A stretch of DNA of 64,000 nt from the human T2T-CHM13v2.0 reference genome, Homo sapiens (GCF_009914755.1 NC_060930.1); one strand, 5' to 3'; numbered from the stretch's first letter, positions 17,632-33,331 are shown. Made by a program: numbers and translations. The notes: generated by a model from the sequence alone, not told the origin.

Positions 17632-18776
17632 TGTTTCAGGAAAAACTCTCAAATCCTGTTTCTCCCCTGTTCTCACACCACAACCATCGACACAGAAGAC
17701 TTCTGTGACCAAATGTGTAGGAGTTTCTCTTCTCTCCACCAACACGCAGCATGACACCAGCTGGGTATCCTCCAATTCAATTCCAACACCATCTACCTAG
17801 AAAGAGTGTCAGATTCCACAGGCTGAGGGCTCAGTCCCCAAGACTGCCCTCTCACCATGCACACCAGTGACAAGTCTGAGCCTCTGGGACTTCTGAACAA
17901 CTGGTTTCAAGTGGTGGGTCCCACGATCCCCTTTTTGGGTTCAATTAATTTGCCAGAGGGGCTCACAGAACTCAGGGGATCACTGAGTTACATTCACTGG
18001 TTTATTCTAAGGGATGTTGCAAAGGATACAGATAAAGAGATGAATAGGGTGAGGTATGGGGGAAGGGACCTGAAGCTTCCATGCCCTCCCTGGGTGCACC
18101 ACCCTACTGGAACCTCCACATGTTCAGCTATCAGGAAGCTCCTGGAACCCAGTCCTCTTGGGTTTTTTGTTTGTTTGTTTGTTTGTTTTTTCGTGAGACC
18201 GAGTCTCACTCTGTCGCCCAGGCTGGAGTGCAGTGGCGTGATCTCTGCTCAGTGCAAGCTCCATCTCCGGGGTTCACGCCATTCTCCTGCCTCAGCCTCC
18301 TGAGTAGCTGGGACTACAGGCGCCTGCCAGCACGCCCGGCTAATTTTTGTATTTTTAGTAGAGACGGGGTTTCACCGTGTTAGCCAGGATAGTCTCGATC
18401 TCCTGACCTTGTGATCCGCCCACCTTGGCCTCCCAAAGTGCTGGGATTACAGGCGTGAGCCACTGCGCCCAGCCCCTCTTGGGTTTTTATGGAAACTTCA
18501 GCATGTCAGCATTCCTTCCTCCAGGGTAAAGAGCAGGACCCTCTCTGGGGAGGGTCTTAAGACCCATAATCAGAAAGGCAGGGGAAGATTAAAATCCTGC
18601 CTTGGCACAGATGAAAGGATGGCAGGAAAAGGGCAGAGAGATTCTGTTTTCTCAGACTTGCTCCTGAAACCTAAAGGACCTAAGATTATAACAAAAGACT
18701 AACCAAGGGCTATGGGAGTTATGAACCAGGAACCGTGGATGAAAACCAATACGTATACATATATCATAACATCACA
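17632..18776 (-). mobile_element. MER21 LTR (contains AluY)
   Basis: acacagaagacttctgtgaccaaatgtgt; gacaccagctgggtatcctccaattcaattcc; ends catatatcataacatcaca. Confidence 0.85.
18168..18474 (-). mobile_element. AluY with (TTTG)n tail
   Basis: Perfect 14-bp TSD cctcttgggttttt at 18154-18167 and 18475-18488. gggttcacgccattctcc is an AluY diagnostic. Confidence 0.96.
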
Positions 18777-21249
18777 GGCTGCCATAACAAAATATTACAG
18801 CCTGACTGACTTCAACAATAGAAATTTATTTTTTTCACAGTTCTGCAGGCTAGAAGTCTAAGATCAAAGTGCCATCAGGGCTGCTTTTTTTGGTGTCTTC
18901 TTGCACATATGGTTTCTTCTCTGTCAATGGGTGGAGAGAGAAAGAGAGACCACTCACTTTTTTTTTCTCCTAAACACACCAATCCCATCAGATCAGGGCT
19001 CTACCCCTAGAACATCATTTCATCTTAATTACCGCGCTAAAGGTCCCATCTACAAATACAGTCACGTATGAAGTATTGTGCATAGGGCTTCAACATATAC
19101 ATTTTGAAGAGACATAATTCAGTCCAAAATATTTCTGATCATATTTGTTATGATCTCATTTATTGTTTCAGGAAACATTCTCATTTCATCCCCATTCTCT
19201 GTTTGCCCCTTGTTAGGCCTTTATTTCTTATACCTGAGCTTTCCACACATATTTATTATACTGGTAATCTCTGAAGTTTTGGGGAAAGGCCCAACAGCAG
19301 TCTCAAAAGATTTTCATTACCTTCAATTTTCATAGACCTTATTTTCCTGCACTGAACACCCTCCCTCCAGGATCTCAGTTTTGGAATTCTGCTTCCAGGC
19401 AGAGACCATTTCTAACAAGCACCTGCCACAACATGCCCATGGTCCTTCCACAATAATCAGGTATCATCAATTGTAGATTTACAGAGTGGAATCTGGGGCA
19501 ATATTCCATGTAGGAGATGAAACTTTATCTGTACCAGCCACACTAGTTGTATCAATGTGTTATCTTTCTTTAAAACAGCGTCTTATCATGCAATAGCAAA
19601 GAAGTAAATGTGGTTGCGTTGTCACTGACTTGACCTTTTCTTCTAACATTCTGGTGGTCAATTCAGGGCATATATGCATGGTATGTGTTCAGTGACTGTT
19701 GGTTCTGCTTAAAATTCATTGTGACAAAAGAAGGAAGATATGTAACATACAGATAAACCAAAACTAACTGAGTTGCATGTGACTGCTTTCCTGACAGCCT
19801 GTACATTGTTCATTATTACACTGTCATTACAATGATGACTAACATCTGTATATTGCTTTCAGTCATGCACTTTTTATTGCTCCACATAATAATTTTGCAA
19901 AGTGAGACACAGACATAGGTAGTTATAGGACCTGGCTAGGATCATGCAGCTATTAAGTGGTTGAACTGAGCTTAAACCTAGTTGTTTCTAAACCTCAATT
20001 TATTAATTAATTTACTCCAGATTGACTGCATGTCAGACTCTGGTAAGACAGTGGCGAGCAAAAAAAGTCACCATCTCTGTCTTTGGGACAGATCAGGCTA
20101 CAGATACATACAAACATGAATATGGCGATTACAAATAGACTGTATAGTTGCAACCCTGAGAAAATCTGCTTGTGGGGTGGGGGGTCATAATAACTAGTAA
20201 TAGAGAACCTGACTTTCTTTAGAGAGGTTAGGACATTAAAATCCTGTATGTTTTCAATAAATAGGTTTGCTCTTATTTGGGCATTTGACTAGCCATTCAA
20301 TTAACCTGTTTGTTATGCTGAATAATCTATAAACTGATTAATATGCCAGTCTCATTCTTTTCAATTACCTTGGATTAAAGACAAACAAAAATGTACAAAA
20401 ACAAGAGAGAGCGCTTCAGTTTTTACCATAAGTATATATTTCAGATAAAGTTCCAAAAACCTCAGACAGAGCGTAGGTCCAAATCGGCCCTCATCCCTTA
20501 GTGGGAAGGTAAGCACACTTCATATTAATTGGGGTTCTTACCAAGGCTGTGATTGACTGAGAGAATTTCTCATATCAACACAGGTACCACAGAAATCAAG
20601 GGAGCGATCAGAATTCAGGCTATACAGAGAGCCATGGTAGTGAAATCAGAGAAGACTATGTGATTCACTGAGGAAGGTCAGAGAATGGTATGACAGGGAA
20701 AAAGAAAAAGGTGGTTAGAGGCAGATAGAGATAAGAGAGCCTATAATAAAGACTTAAGGTTATTGGAAATAATTTCTAATCCTCTTTAATAAGTGCCATT
20801 ACAATGATAGTTAAGCATATTAATAACATGCATCCAATTTCCAAAAAACTATTTCTGGTTTGAAACATATTTTACTTTTTTGTTAAGAAGTATTGTTTTG
20901 TCTCAAACTAAAAACATCTGAAACATGTCTCACTAAGTCCAGCCAATAGGCTTTATAGCCAGTTTTGATGTCTGATATCAATACTACGGAATGTATGTGT
21001 GACTGTAAACACGATCCCATCAACCTTACAGAGTGACAGACACACCTGAACTTGCCCTTAGTAGCTCATCGCTGAAAGCCAGATCTAAAGATCACACCCA
21101 TGTTACACATGTTTATATTCATTACACTTTAGGGTATGATATTCCTCAATTCATCACTCACTTAACATTGTAGTATTTTTGTTTCTTTTAGAGCTATTTT
21201 CTTTAAATATCAAGAGATACCCTTGTTCCTCTGAGGTTACAACACTTGA

Positions 21250-21573
<324 letters not shown>

Positions 21574-23364
21574 TTGTTGACTGTCTTTACATTATTCATG
21601 TTTATAGAAATATCAATAATAAGAGTTTTCTTCTTTACAAGAAAGGTTTTTGTTTTGCTCTCATAATTTACCCAGAGGCATATCTATTATTTTCTTTCAG
21701 ATGCAGTTGTATGTTCATATTTTTATGATCAGCATATCTTCTCATAATTCTCTTACCTTTTCAAACCATCCATTCAATATGATATTAAATACCTACTTTA
21801 TGCTCACTATTTATTAATCATATCATCATGTTAACTTTTTCTCTCTTTAAAAAGATTTATTTTGTCGTGATATAAAAGAACTCAGAAAAACTAAAAGCCC
21901 ATGCCTACAAGCAAGTAGTTAACAGAAAAGCTTTCTGTAATATATGATTCTAACATACTAAAAGAAAATTGCATTGAAAACAATGTGGTCTAACTAATAA
22001 GAAATACATTTGAAATTGAAAATTAAATGTACTTTTGCATATCCTGAGATGCTACTTCACTTGCCTCATTTGCATGCAAATAAGGGTTCAATAACTATTT
22101 TAATTGCTATATTCCCCCCAAAAGCAAGGAAAGAAGATTCAAAATATATGTATTATTTTCTATGAGAAAGAATGTTAATATTCACCAAATAATTACCTAA
22201 TTTACATAGTGATTAGACTCATGTGCAACAAAGTATTTTTTTTATAAATATACAGAGGGAACATTAGATGTGAAATTTTACAAGTGAAATAACAAGCAAC
22301 TCTAATAAGGAAAATTGTATGCAGGTGAAACACTTCTAGTACATTATTTTTAGTATAACTTTATTACTAATGTCAGAATAATAAGTCAAATCCTTAAGCA
22401 TTCTGTGCATCACATTTGGTAGGTGAGAGGGGAAAAGCAAATATACTTAAAAAAATATTGAACATGATCAAACACATCTGAAAGAGAGAGATTCCTCAGG
22501 GAAGAATTTCCACCTACATAATTTCAAGTGGAGTAATCTATTTTCTAATTAGCAAGGAAAGAATCCCCTGTATATGACCTTGAATTCTAAAATATTAGCT
22601 CAGAGGGAATATTTACAATCCAAAGGCTCAGATGCATAATGCAAATGCGGACATGACTTTTACTGTTGTTAAGGTTCTTTTTAAATCATTCTTAGAAATA
22701 ATCAGCCTATGTTGACTGACATTTATAGTATGGAAATTGGCTGGAATACAAATGCAATGGTGTTTGAAATTAGAAAACACATTACTGAGGAGGCAGGTTA
22801 AATATTTGTGGTGTACAAAGCCATTTTTCTTGGTACACCCAATACCTTTGTTCATTTTGATCAAGCTTATATACTAAATGAGTTTTATAAACTTGAAATT
22901 ATTTTAGTTTGTTAATGCTACTCCTTCTGTCATTTTATATGCAGTTTTATTTGTTTCATAGGAATGTGTTTTTCAGCTTTCAACATTTTAAGTATAAAAA
23001 AGAAGAAAGACTTTAGGATTTGAGCTTGGAGAATTTGTCTGTTAAAAATGTTAAGTGAACAACCAAGTGCTTGAATCAATGAAGAGCAAACTGACAGTCC
23101 TGATTATAAATAATCTATTCATTTATTTGTGTGTATATAGTGATTTAGAAACAATAATTATAAGATGAACAGTGAAACTGAGCAATGAAAATGGAGAATG
23201 AGGAATGAAGAGGGAGGCTTGATGAAAATTTCCATTTCATGACCTTTTCGCCCAGAATCTGGGACAAAATAAAAATATGGGGCTTTTTGGAGAATAATGG
23301 GAGACTGCCTACACTGCTTTGGGAACTAAAATTACAAGAGAGAGGCCACCATAATAAAAAGTAT

Positions 23365-23560
23365 CTGGATTTGGAGTCAGCCACCTGAGTTGGAAGCCTG
23401 CCTTCTTCATTCAACCTCTCTGACTCTAGGACATTACCATTCTGAAGCTCAATTTTACATGAAATGGGAATAAAAGTAGTTTCTTTCTTATTGTGAGGAT
23501 GAAAAGAGATAATTAAAAAGCATTAAGTCTGTGTAACATGGCCAAGTTAATAAGTAATGG
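23365..23560 (+). mobile_element. MIR
   Basis: ttggagtcagccacctgagttgg...aaatgggaataaaagtag...ttgtgaggatgaaa. Confidence 0.6.
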
Positions 23561-23964
23561 CAAATTACTTGAAGGCCCAAGGAACATGGGGTGTTTCTCC
23601 CTTCAGCAACTGACTTCCTGATCTTTTGGATGCAAAGATTCTGCATCTGTTATGGTTTCTATCATATGATTGAGACAGAAAGTGGACATTTAACATCCCC
23701 AGGGCACAGGTCAAAGATTCATGTATTTTCAAATAGTAAATTAGTGCAAAACTGTGAACTAAAAGTCTGTATGATTATAATTTACTATACATGATACAAA
23801 CTTCATATTTATCTAAATAGTCATTCATGTGTTCACTGTTCATGAGATAATGCATACCCCTGGCATAAAGTTTCATTGTACCTGACAGACAGTAGCAGCT
23901 GAAAGTTATCAGAAATGCAAATTTTGTAAAAGTGGAAAAATGTGCAAAAATCCGTGAACTTCAT

Positions 23965-24257
23965 GGCCAGGCTTGGTGGCCATGTAATCCCAGCACTTTG
24001 GGAGGTGAAGGTGGGTGGATCACTTGAGGTCAGGAGTTTGACACCAGCCTGGGCAACATGGCGAAACTCCGTCTCTACTAAAAATACAAAAAATTAACAA
24101 AGGATGGTGGCACATGCCTGTAATCCCAGCTATTCGGGAGGCTGAGGCAGGAGAATCACTTCAACCCAGGAGGTGGAGGTTGCAGGTGAGCCAAGATCGT
24201 GCCACTGCACTCCAGCCTGGGCAAAAAGTGAAACTCTGTCTTAAAAAAAAAAAAAAA
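23965..24257 (+). mobile_element. AluSx-like
   Basis: Dimeric Alu. TSD aaaatc(c/t)gtgaactt. Confidence 0.95.
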
Positions 24258-24359
24258 TCTGTGAACTTTCGAACTTCAGACTATTCTAAAGCATTGAAGA
24301 AATCCCTGTGTCGGGAAAAGTACTCCTGTACAAACTTCTCCAGGGAATGGGATTAATAG

Positions 24360-24700
24360 TGGGAATACATTCACATAATTCTACAAGGATTTAGTAATCT
24401 TGATATAAAAACCAAAAAAAGTACATTGCAGGCCAAGCAAAACACTGGTAAGCTGAATCCAGTGGTACATAATGTTGTGACCAAGTCTAGTTTTCCCAAA
24501 GAATGCAAGGCCTTAGGATTAGAAAACTATAAATACGGCAAGCCTTCATATTAAAAGATTAAAGGAGAAAACCCACAGATGCAGGAAAAGCATCTGATAT
24601 AATTCAACACTCTTTCATCATTAGAATTCTTCGCACACTAACATTAAAAGGGCATTTTCTTCACTGAATAACTGATGTCCACAAAATCCTCAGTGAAAAA
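24360..24700 (+). mobile_element. Old L1M ORF2 (RT-region) relic
   Basis: gaccaagt...ttcccaaagaatgcaagg and agatgcaggaaaagcatctgatataattcaacac (DAEKAFDKIQH-like). Confidence 0.65.
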
Positions 24701-25039
24701 GGGACCATTCAAAGCATAGTGTTAAAACAATGGTTTATTCTAGAAAACTGCATTTTGAAAAGCCTGTTTATTCTTTACAAAGTATTTGTCATGAAACTCG
24801 GAGCAAATGTCATAAATTGTGCTACAGAATCATAATCTTTATAATGGGATGTTGTCTGACCCCTGTCTAACTTAACGAGATGAATTCAATTAAAGGAGAA
24901 AGAAGTTAATCTATCCTTATGCAAGCAGTCAATGCAAGAAACAGAAAGGATTGTTGTTTCGCACACTTGTGCTGATACTTGTTCTATATCTTGCACCTTA
25001 ATTACTCCTGCTGTCAAAGTAGACAATATTGCCTTAGCC

Positions 25040-25210
25040 CTTGGTACTCTGTGGTGGGAGACCCAGCAGCACTGGCATCAATTGGGAGCTTATTAAATAT
25101 GTAGAATCTCAATCACACTGCACCACAGACCTATTGAATCAGAGTCTGCATCTTAATAAGGTCTGAGGTCATGTATCTGCACATTGTAAAGCATGAGAGG
25201 CACTGCTCTA
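25040..25210. mobile_element. MER5A (hAT-Charlie)
   Basis: ccagcagcactggcatca..tgggagcttattaaatatgtagaatctc..gacctattgaatcagagtctgcat.ttaataag. Confidence 0.75.
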
Positions 25211-25379
25211 GGCTACTGATCTTCCTGCCTTCAGAAATACCATGAGGATCATTAACCCACACGAAGAATTTTACTTGTGGAATACAGTATATGATATTTG
25301 CTAATGTTTTCTGATTTATGTTTGTTTAAGGTATGGGAATTTGTTGACAACTTTCCCCATCACGGTAAGAATAATAGGT

Positions 25380-25610
25380 AACAATGATTAAACCATTTAA
25401 CTGAGCAGAGCACTGTCTTAGCATTTTAAATGCATTTATTCACTTCATTTTTCCAACTCCCTTGTGAGTTACATTGCTCCATGGTACAGAAGAGGAAACT
25501 ATACACAGAGACTTTATGTGACTTGTACAAGATGAAAGCTACTGAAAGCCAGAGTAAGTTTCGGAGCCAGCGAGTCCTATTCCCTGGCCTGCAGTATTAA
25601 CTGCTCTTTT
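25380..25610 (-). mobile_element. MIR
   Basis: acagaagaggaaact..acagag...gtgacttgtacaag. Confidence 0.6.
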
Positions 25611-26237
25611 AAGCTACCTCTCTAATAAGATAAACATATTCTTAAACTATCAGATTCTTTTCACTTTTTTCCCTACATGTATTTGTATATTTAACAAAGT
25701 TTAATAGGTGGCATATATTAACTTTTTAACTATGTACTTGTTATTCTTTAAACATTTGCATTATTTACTCAATTTCACAACTTTATCATTTTAAAACTTT
25801 ATTGTTTTGTTTTACAGATGAGGAATTTTTTTATTCCTCCTAGAGTTGAAAAATAACTGAGCCCCAGAGACATTATTACTTGCTTAGCCTCAGACAAGTT
25901 ATACATTAAAGAGTAAAAACTAGTAAAATAACCTAGCAGAGATTACTCTTATAGAGGTGTGAGTAGTACTATTCCTCTGTTCCAGAATTTTCTATTTGGC
26001 ATACTCTTGAGCAACCTCATGAAGCAACATTTCCTATTAGTAAGGTCAGGGATAACAACTCCTCAAAAGCAGTTTTAATTTTAAAATTCCTGCCTGCTCA
26101 ACCCCTTGTGTCCTTCTTCTAAGCTGTAGAACCAGCCCTGAAAACAAAGCTACTGTAATAAAGAATGCCAAAGTTTTGGGGGCGGTACAGGACAGAGGGC
26201 GAATGTTAGCAGAAGGCATCGCCATATTCTATAATAA

Positions 26238-26545
26238 GGCTGTCCACTAGAAATACAGTGTAAGCCACGTAAGTATTTTTAAATTTTCTGGTAGCCACAT
26301 TGAAACAAAGAAAAAAGAGAAATAGGTGAAGTTAATTTTAATAATATATTTTATTTTACCCATTATGTGAAATGTCATTTTAATATAGTCAATATTAAAA
26401 ATTTTTAGAGAGACACTTTGACTTTTTATACTATGTCTTTGAAATTGGCGTATATTTATAGCACATCTCATTTCCAATAGCCACATTTCAAATGCTCAGT
26501 AGCCACCTGTGGCTAGTGGCTACCATATTGGTGCACTGGGCAGCA
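26238..26545. mobile_element. MER33 (hAT-Charlie)
   Basis: gctgtccactagaaat...aaattttctggtagccacatt ... tagccacatttcaaatgctcagtagccacctgtggctagtggctaccatattgg. Confidence 0.85.
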
Positions 26546-29500
26546 GAGTTATAAAGGCTGTAAGCACCTGTGAAAAAATAAAATCAGGTTTGGATAAAGA
26601 TAAGGAGGGAGTAGGTCAGCAAGTATGTCTATTATCAAAGGAATAATCCTCAAGGACATCATTGTTCATATATGCTACCACTCTGTTTCTGTCCAAGGTT
26701 CATGCAGTGCTAGTGCTGACATTCTTCCTCTTTTAAAAATTGGGGCTAAATAGCATATGATGCTTTTATTCTGATTTTCCCATTTCTTATTATGATCATA
26801 ATTTCAATTAAAAATTATTTTTTAAATGATCTTCATAATGGCACAATACTGTGTATGGATTTTTGACCATTTCAAACAATTTTCTAGCCTCTGCCGTTTG
26901 GTATAATTTTTCTTATTATCAACAATACCTTGATAAAGTCCAGCTACAGAATTCTTGGTGCTCATGTCTGATTAGACATACACATTTGTAATGCCCTCCA
27001 CAATATGACCAAATTGCTCCCCATAAAGATGGCACCAAAGGCAACTGTCACAGGTGCTCCTTTGCCACTCTGCCCGACTCTGTTGTACTTTGTGAAATAT
27101 CTTTGCTACTCTAAAGGATGACATATTGGATTTTTCTTCTGATTTTTGTCTCCTTAAGTAAAGGTTAGGAGAAATGTGTGTGTGGGGGGGGTACAGGTCA
27201 TTTGTATTTTTTCTTTCATGCGCTTTCTGTTTTTGAACTTGGGCATGTTCTTTACATATTGAGGGAATCAATTTGTTTTTAATTAGAAATGTTGTAAATA
27301 TTCCCCAGTTTGAAGAAAGATATTGTGACACTTTTTGGCATTTATAATTAAATAGTAATATCTATCAATATTTTTTCAATTGGTCTATCTCTTCACTTAT
27401 ATATTTACAAAGAATTGTTTTCTTCCACAAATTAAATATTAATTTATATTTTCTCTCTGCTTTTTTATTGTTTCTTTTTCTGTACTTAATGTCTCAACCT
27501 ATCTGAAATTTATTTTTTGAGAAAGTATGTAAATGATGTGTAACTTTAAGGTTCTGAAAAGTATTAGTGGATTCCACTAGATACCTAAATATTTGTTAAT
27601 TGCAGAAGCTCTTTGCTGCATAGAATTAGGTATTTAGTCAACTTAAAACAATTATTTCATTTTCTTACTATGTTTTGAGCCAGGTTTTGCATAAGGCCTG
27701 TGGGAGTCATTTCCTAAATCAGGCCCAGATGATGTAAGAAGTGTGAAGTTTAGAATTAACACAGTATTTCCTTTACTTGGTCAGCGATTGAGCAAGTTAG
27801 AGAAGTAGGGAGGGATGGGAGAGAGCCTCGTGAAAGGCAAATGTAGTGATGTGTTTTTGCTTTTTTTTTTCTTTTCTTGTATTAAAACATTTCTATACTG
27901 GCACAGTGTCTTTCTTTTTTATTTTTATTTTTACTTTTTTGGCCTGGCATTGCTTTCTTCATCTATAGCCAGCCCTGATAGAGCCTCTGTTTGCCCAGAA
28001 TAAAGAGCCAAACCAGCTGTAAACAGGTGATAAGTGCCTCTGTGACCTCCAGACTTGATGTACCCAGAACCAGAATTACTTTCCAGAGCCCCTAGTGGAA
28101 TTCAGATGTCCTCCAGAATTCTTACTTCCTCATGTTCCCCAACCCTAATGCTTCCCCAAACATCATTCACACAGGCACACACACCGCCCTCAATCCTTCA
28201 AATATCATTGTTCAGAAATACTTGGAGCCTTCTGCCAGATTTCCCTTTCTGTGCTTCCCTGGTCCACAAGGCCTTCCCATGAGAAGAGTCATAGCCCATA
28301 CCTCAATTCAACTTTGTTTTGAATAAATGGATCCAGAAGAAATGCTTTACAATTCTTGGCAGTGGATTTTTCTTCTTTCATTTCAAAGAATTTTTTTCTA
28401 TTTTTATGTTCAATTGATACATGTAATTAAGAATCCATAAGTGAGTGAGTTAAATGCCTGTTATATAGTTATCATATTACTAACTGAAAGATAGGCTATC
28501 ACTGAGATATTAACCATACTGTTAATGCATAACTATTTAGCATTCTCTTGTGCTAAATGCATGTATGTCAGAAAACAGCGCCGAAGGAGTCCCAAGCACA
28601 AATCCATCATCATGTTTGCAGGTGTCATTTCAACAGCATCGAAAGGGCCAGTGCATCTGAGTATTATTTCACTTGCTGTCAGCGATATCAGCAGCATAAA
28701 GGAAACTAGAGTTAAAATACGAATTGTCTTGCTGGCATACATGGAAGGCACAGCCTTTCTCTGTCAGTGCCCATGCATTTTGTTCATATTTTCAGTAAAA
28801 TGATGCAAACTTTCATTTAAAAAGCCAGTTGATAGAGCAATATCTGACTTTATTGAGACTGTGATGATGGAAAAAGCCATTCCTTCTGGATGCCATTCCT
28901 GGGGTTTATGCTGCACACCTCTTCAATAATTGTGTATGGCAATAACAAGTCAGTGGCTGTGTGGGATAATTGGCTCCTCCTCACTGCATTTGTGGGGAGT
29001 CAATCTGAGAATTACTGAGATCGAACAAAAGCCACAGCGAATGCAAGACTAGGCCCACATTGATCTAGTAGAAATAGGATGGATCTGTCAGGGCCAGGCA
29101 GAATGCATCCTGCTCCTGGTGAGAGAATTCTTTCCACAGAAAAGGGAAATAATTATTCCCTCCAATGAAACACTTGAAACAAAAATACACACACTCACAA
29201 CGGATTCTAAGAGAACCTTGAACGTGGAACAGAAAGAACATCTTTTTCTTCTTTTGCTTTTTCTTTTTGTTCTCTTTCTTAATTCTTCTGGTAGTTCTTC
29301 CTTAGGAAAACGTTACAATGGGATTCTCTCTGGGTCTTTCTGCATTTCCCTCAGTCTGTCTGGGCATTTTTATTTTTTAATCAGTGTATTCACATTTCCA
29401 AGCCCGGTTTAAAAGCCTTCAGTTGAAACGGAAAGAGGCAGATCCATTTGGTATACATGAAGGAGGCAGTAATTGCATTGGAAAACCCCAAAACACACAA

Positions 29501-30007
29501 ACCAGATCCAGCTGTAACCAAACATGTATGGAAAGCAGCGCACAGAATTTTCCATGGCCTGCAGCAACGATGTTATACAAACAGTCCCCGAGGTGTCTCA
29601 GCAGCTACACATGCCGTGGAAAGAAATTAGATACCAATGCTAAAGACTTACCAGATGGATATTCAATCAGTGCTTTTGTATAAAATTCTCTCTCTAAATT
29701 GAATATTGAAGAAATAGCTACATTTAACTTACAAAATTAACATCTTTGTTTTCTATCATTCCTCCCTGACATGAATGCTCAGTGCTGAGAATACTAAGGA
29801 CAGAGTGCATGTTATACACATTTATAGGACACATGAAAATAAGCACTAAGGATAGCCCGAAAATAATTGGCCTAAAGCAAATAGGAAGTAGATTATGAGA
29901 AAACGCACAAATGAATAATTATTTTAAATGCCCTCAATTCAAGATTTGAGATAACAAATTGCCTAATAAGAAACAGACTTTTTTTTTTTAAGTCACTGTC
30001 TACTTAA

Positions 30008-30446
<439 letters not shown>

Positions 30447-31489
30447 CCGGATAAACATTTATTCCTATCAGTCTATTCTCCACTGGGTACACTGTGTGCT
30501 ATTATTAGTACTGCTAGACATGGTTTCCTTAGAAATGCACTCTCTTTTACCTCAACATGTTCAAAGTTTGCCCAGCCTTAGAGACCTCTGTAATTACTCC
30601 AAGCCTCAGTGATCGCTTGTCTGAAGTTTCCCACTGTAGAAACAATTCTGGTATTCTTTAGGTTTGGGGTCTAGGATAAGGCATTCTCAATTTAGACAAT
30701 GCAAGATGGCAGAGTTGAAGGAATAGCCAGCTTAAAATATGTAAAAATAGGCACTGTTAAAAATGTGGGAATAGAGTTAGTATAGATGCTATAGTAAGAA
30801 AACTGTAGAAAATCTGTGACCAAGGAAGAGCTTGAGCCATCTGCATTGTGCTGGAGTTGAAAGAGGAGGTTGGAAAAGAGGAATAAATTTGAGTTTTCAG
30901 AGTTTAATCTATTGTAGACTATGCCCAAAGTGTTGTAATCAGAAGAAGTTATTCTGGCTCCTACCTCTTTTATTTCACTGTCTATTGGAATTAGCCATGA
31001 TACCAATGGGCGTCGAATACTCAGTCACTTACAATGGCTGTAGGTCCACACATGGGTGTGTGGGTTAGAATGAAATTGTGTGCAGCTACACATAGAAGAA
31101 ATGTTAGGAGAGACAAGAATCTATAAAGATGGGGGTTTCAAATGGAATACTCTCGAGATTCTTATTGGGACCTTAATGGCCCCAACTAATAATGGTATTT
31201 CACATTATGGCATGGACTATAGGCTCACTGGCAAGCAAGTCAGAATGATTATCATGTATACGTGTCATAGTGGAAAACAAAACAGGTATTAGGGGATGAG
31301 ATCTATCTAAGTTGAATCAGGAGTGCCAAATCATAAGCACTACATTGTAAGTCATGAATTCTTAGCTAATAATAGCTATTAGTTAACCATACATCTTCAT
31401 TTGCTCTAAGCAGTTCCAGTTCATACCTTTTGTCCTTGTGTAATATTGGTAATACCCTTCTATTCCCAAAGTTATTTCTATTTGCAAGA

Positions 31490-31700
31490 TAAATAATGTG
31501 ACCACATTACCAGTCCTTGTTGAGCACTTATTACACAACTGGTAATGTTCTGAATGTTTTATGAGTTAATTTCTTTGAACTGCAAAACAGCCTTGTAAGA
31601 TATGTAGTAAAATTATTTTTATGTTTCAAATGAGGAAACAGAAGCCCATGAATTGCCTTTCAGATGGTCATACACTATGGAGGTTAAGGCAGCTGAGCCT
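31490..31700 (-). mobile_element. MIR
   Basis: ttgagcacttatta...caaaacagccttgtaag...aatgaggaaacagaagc. Confidence 0.6.
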
Positions 31701-32990
31701 TATAGGACACCAGCTAGAGAATTCAGATAGATTTTGCTGAATTCTAACAAAGAATTATTGAGAATAGATTTTAAATTATGTTAAATGTGTAGTAGGGAGT
31801 TAGGGTCATTGGAGATTTTTCCCCAAAGTTAAGCAGATCTAAATATTTAAATAAATGACACCCAATGATTTATAAACAAAGACCTCTATGATACTCCCAC
31901 AGGAAGACCACAGATACCTGGAGGAGGCTGGGGTGGGAGATGGAGTGAGTAGTTTCAGCTGCTAAAAGGAGCTGCAGCAGGTTCTCTAGAGCCCATCAAC
32001 ATAACTGCACTGCTTCTTGGCATAATAGAGAGTATCTTACAGATCTTTAGTTTCCTATAGGTGCTAGAAAATGAAAATGTTTAGAATATGGTAGAAGTAG
32101 ACAGTCAAAAATATAAGTGCTTTGGAGTAATTTGTCTTAAGCAAAGAAATACGGTGAATTAATATCTATACACTTCTGGGTAGCTGTTAACCTCAATGAA
32201 TTTAGTAGCTATTTGTAAGATATTAGCAATGGAGTTGTTCCTTTGGGTACTGCAATTGGCTCTCCTAAGCCTGCTTATGAGATGTGTACTCATAGGTGTT
32301 CAATAAATTCTTTATTGGAATGATTTTTGGAAGTGATTAAATTTATGCACACATATATCCATGAATAATCTTGCCATAACAAATTTGCTTTTAAAAACTT
32401 GTAAAGATTTAGCAGCTCAATTTTAACGAGTAGCGCATTGGGAATGAATTACGTTTGTTAAAGCAACGGTCGATAATATTTAATAATCTGGGGGCCCCAA
32501 AACCATGACTATTCTATGCAAGTTTGTTCTTGTCGTGAGAGTGTGCAGTTTTCCAGGTCACAGTCATTCTATTTACATAAAATTCTCAATCTTTGTTAAT
32601 GAGTACATTCAAAGTTTATACATCATCATGGCGTTTCTCAGAAAGTTTTGCTTTTCCTCCAGAATGGTCTGTAATTTGTTGGCTGCCTGCTTTGCTTAAT
32701 GCCAGAGGAATGATTTCCATGTTTCTGCTTCATGCTGCACATTTTCAACTCCTACCTCAATGTTCTGTGCTTATTTATTTATTATTTATTTTTGTCTTTT
32801 TCTGACCTATTGCGTCTGTGTTCTACCCCTACTTTGGAAGTAGACTTTACAGTTTTGGTCAGAATAGTAATTTTCTGAAGAGGTTAAAAAGCTGACAATG
32901 GATTTACCCAATGGGAAGAACATAAATGTCATTGTGTTGTCTATGTAATAACATAAACATTAACCTTGTTTGCAAGAATTCAGGAACACC

Positions 32991-33331
<341 letters not shown>

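Larger units (their letters stand above)
17613..19131 (-). mobile_element. MLT1A/B LTR split by a MER21 insertion
   Basis: ...caagggc | ggctgccataacaaaatattacag...aatagaaatttatt..cacagttctgcaggctagaagtctaagatcaa ... gacataattcagtcca. Confidence 0.75.

Noticed and set aside
17857-18383. 148-aa and 100-aa ORFs (and similar ORFs at 21301, 30011, 32966, 44039)
   Set aside because: They are read-throughs of MER21/Alu sequence giving typical Alu-derived peptides (LECSG..., SPASAS).
28525-28803. 92-aa ORF with a basic RKQRRRSPK stretch
   Set aside because: No recognisable domain or exon boundaries. It is better treated as a non-coding candidate element.
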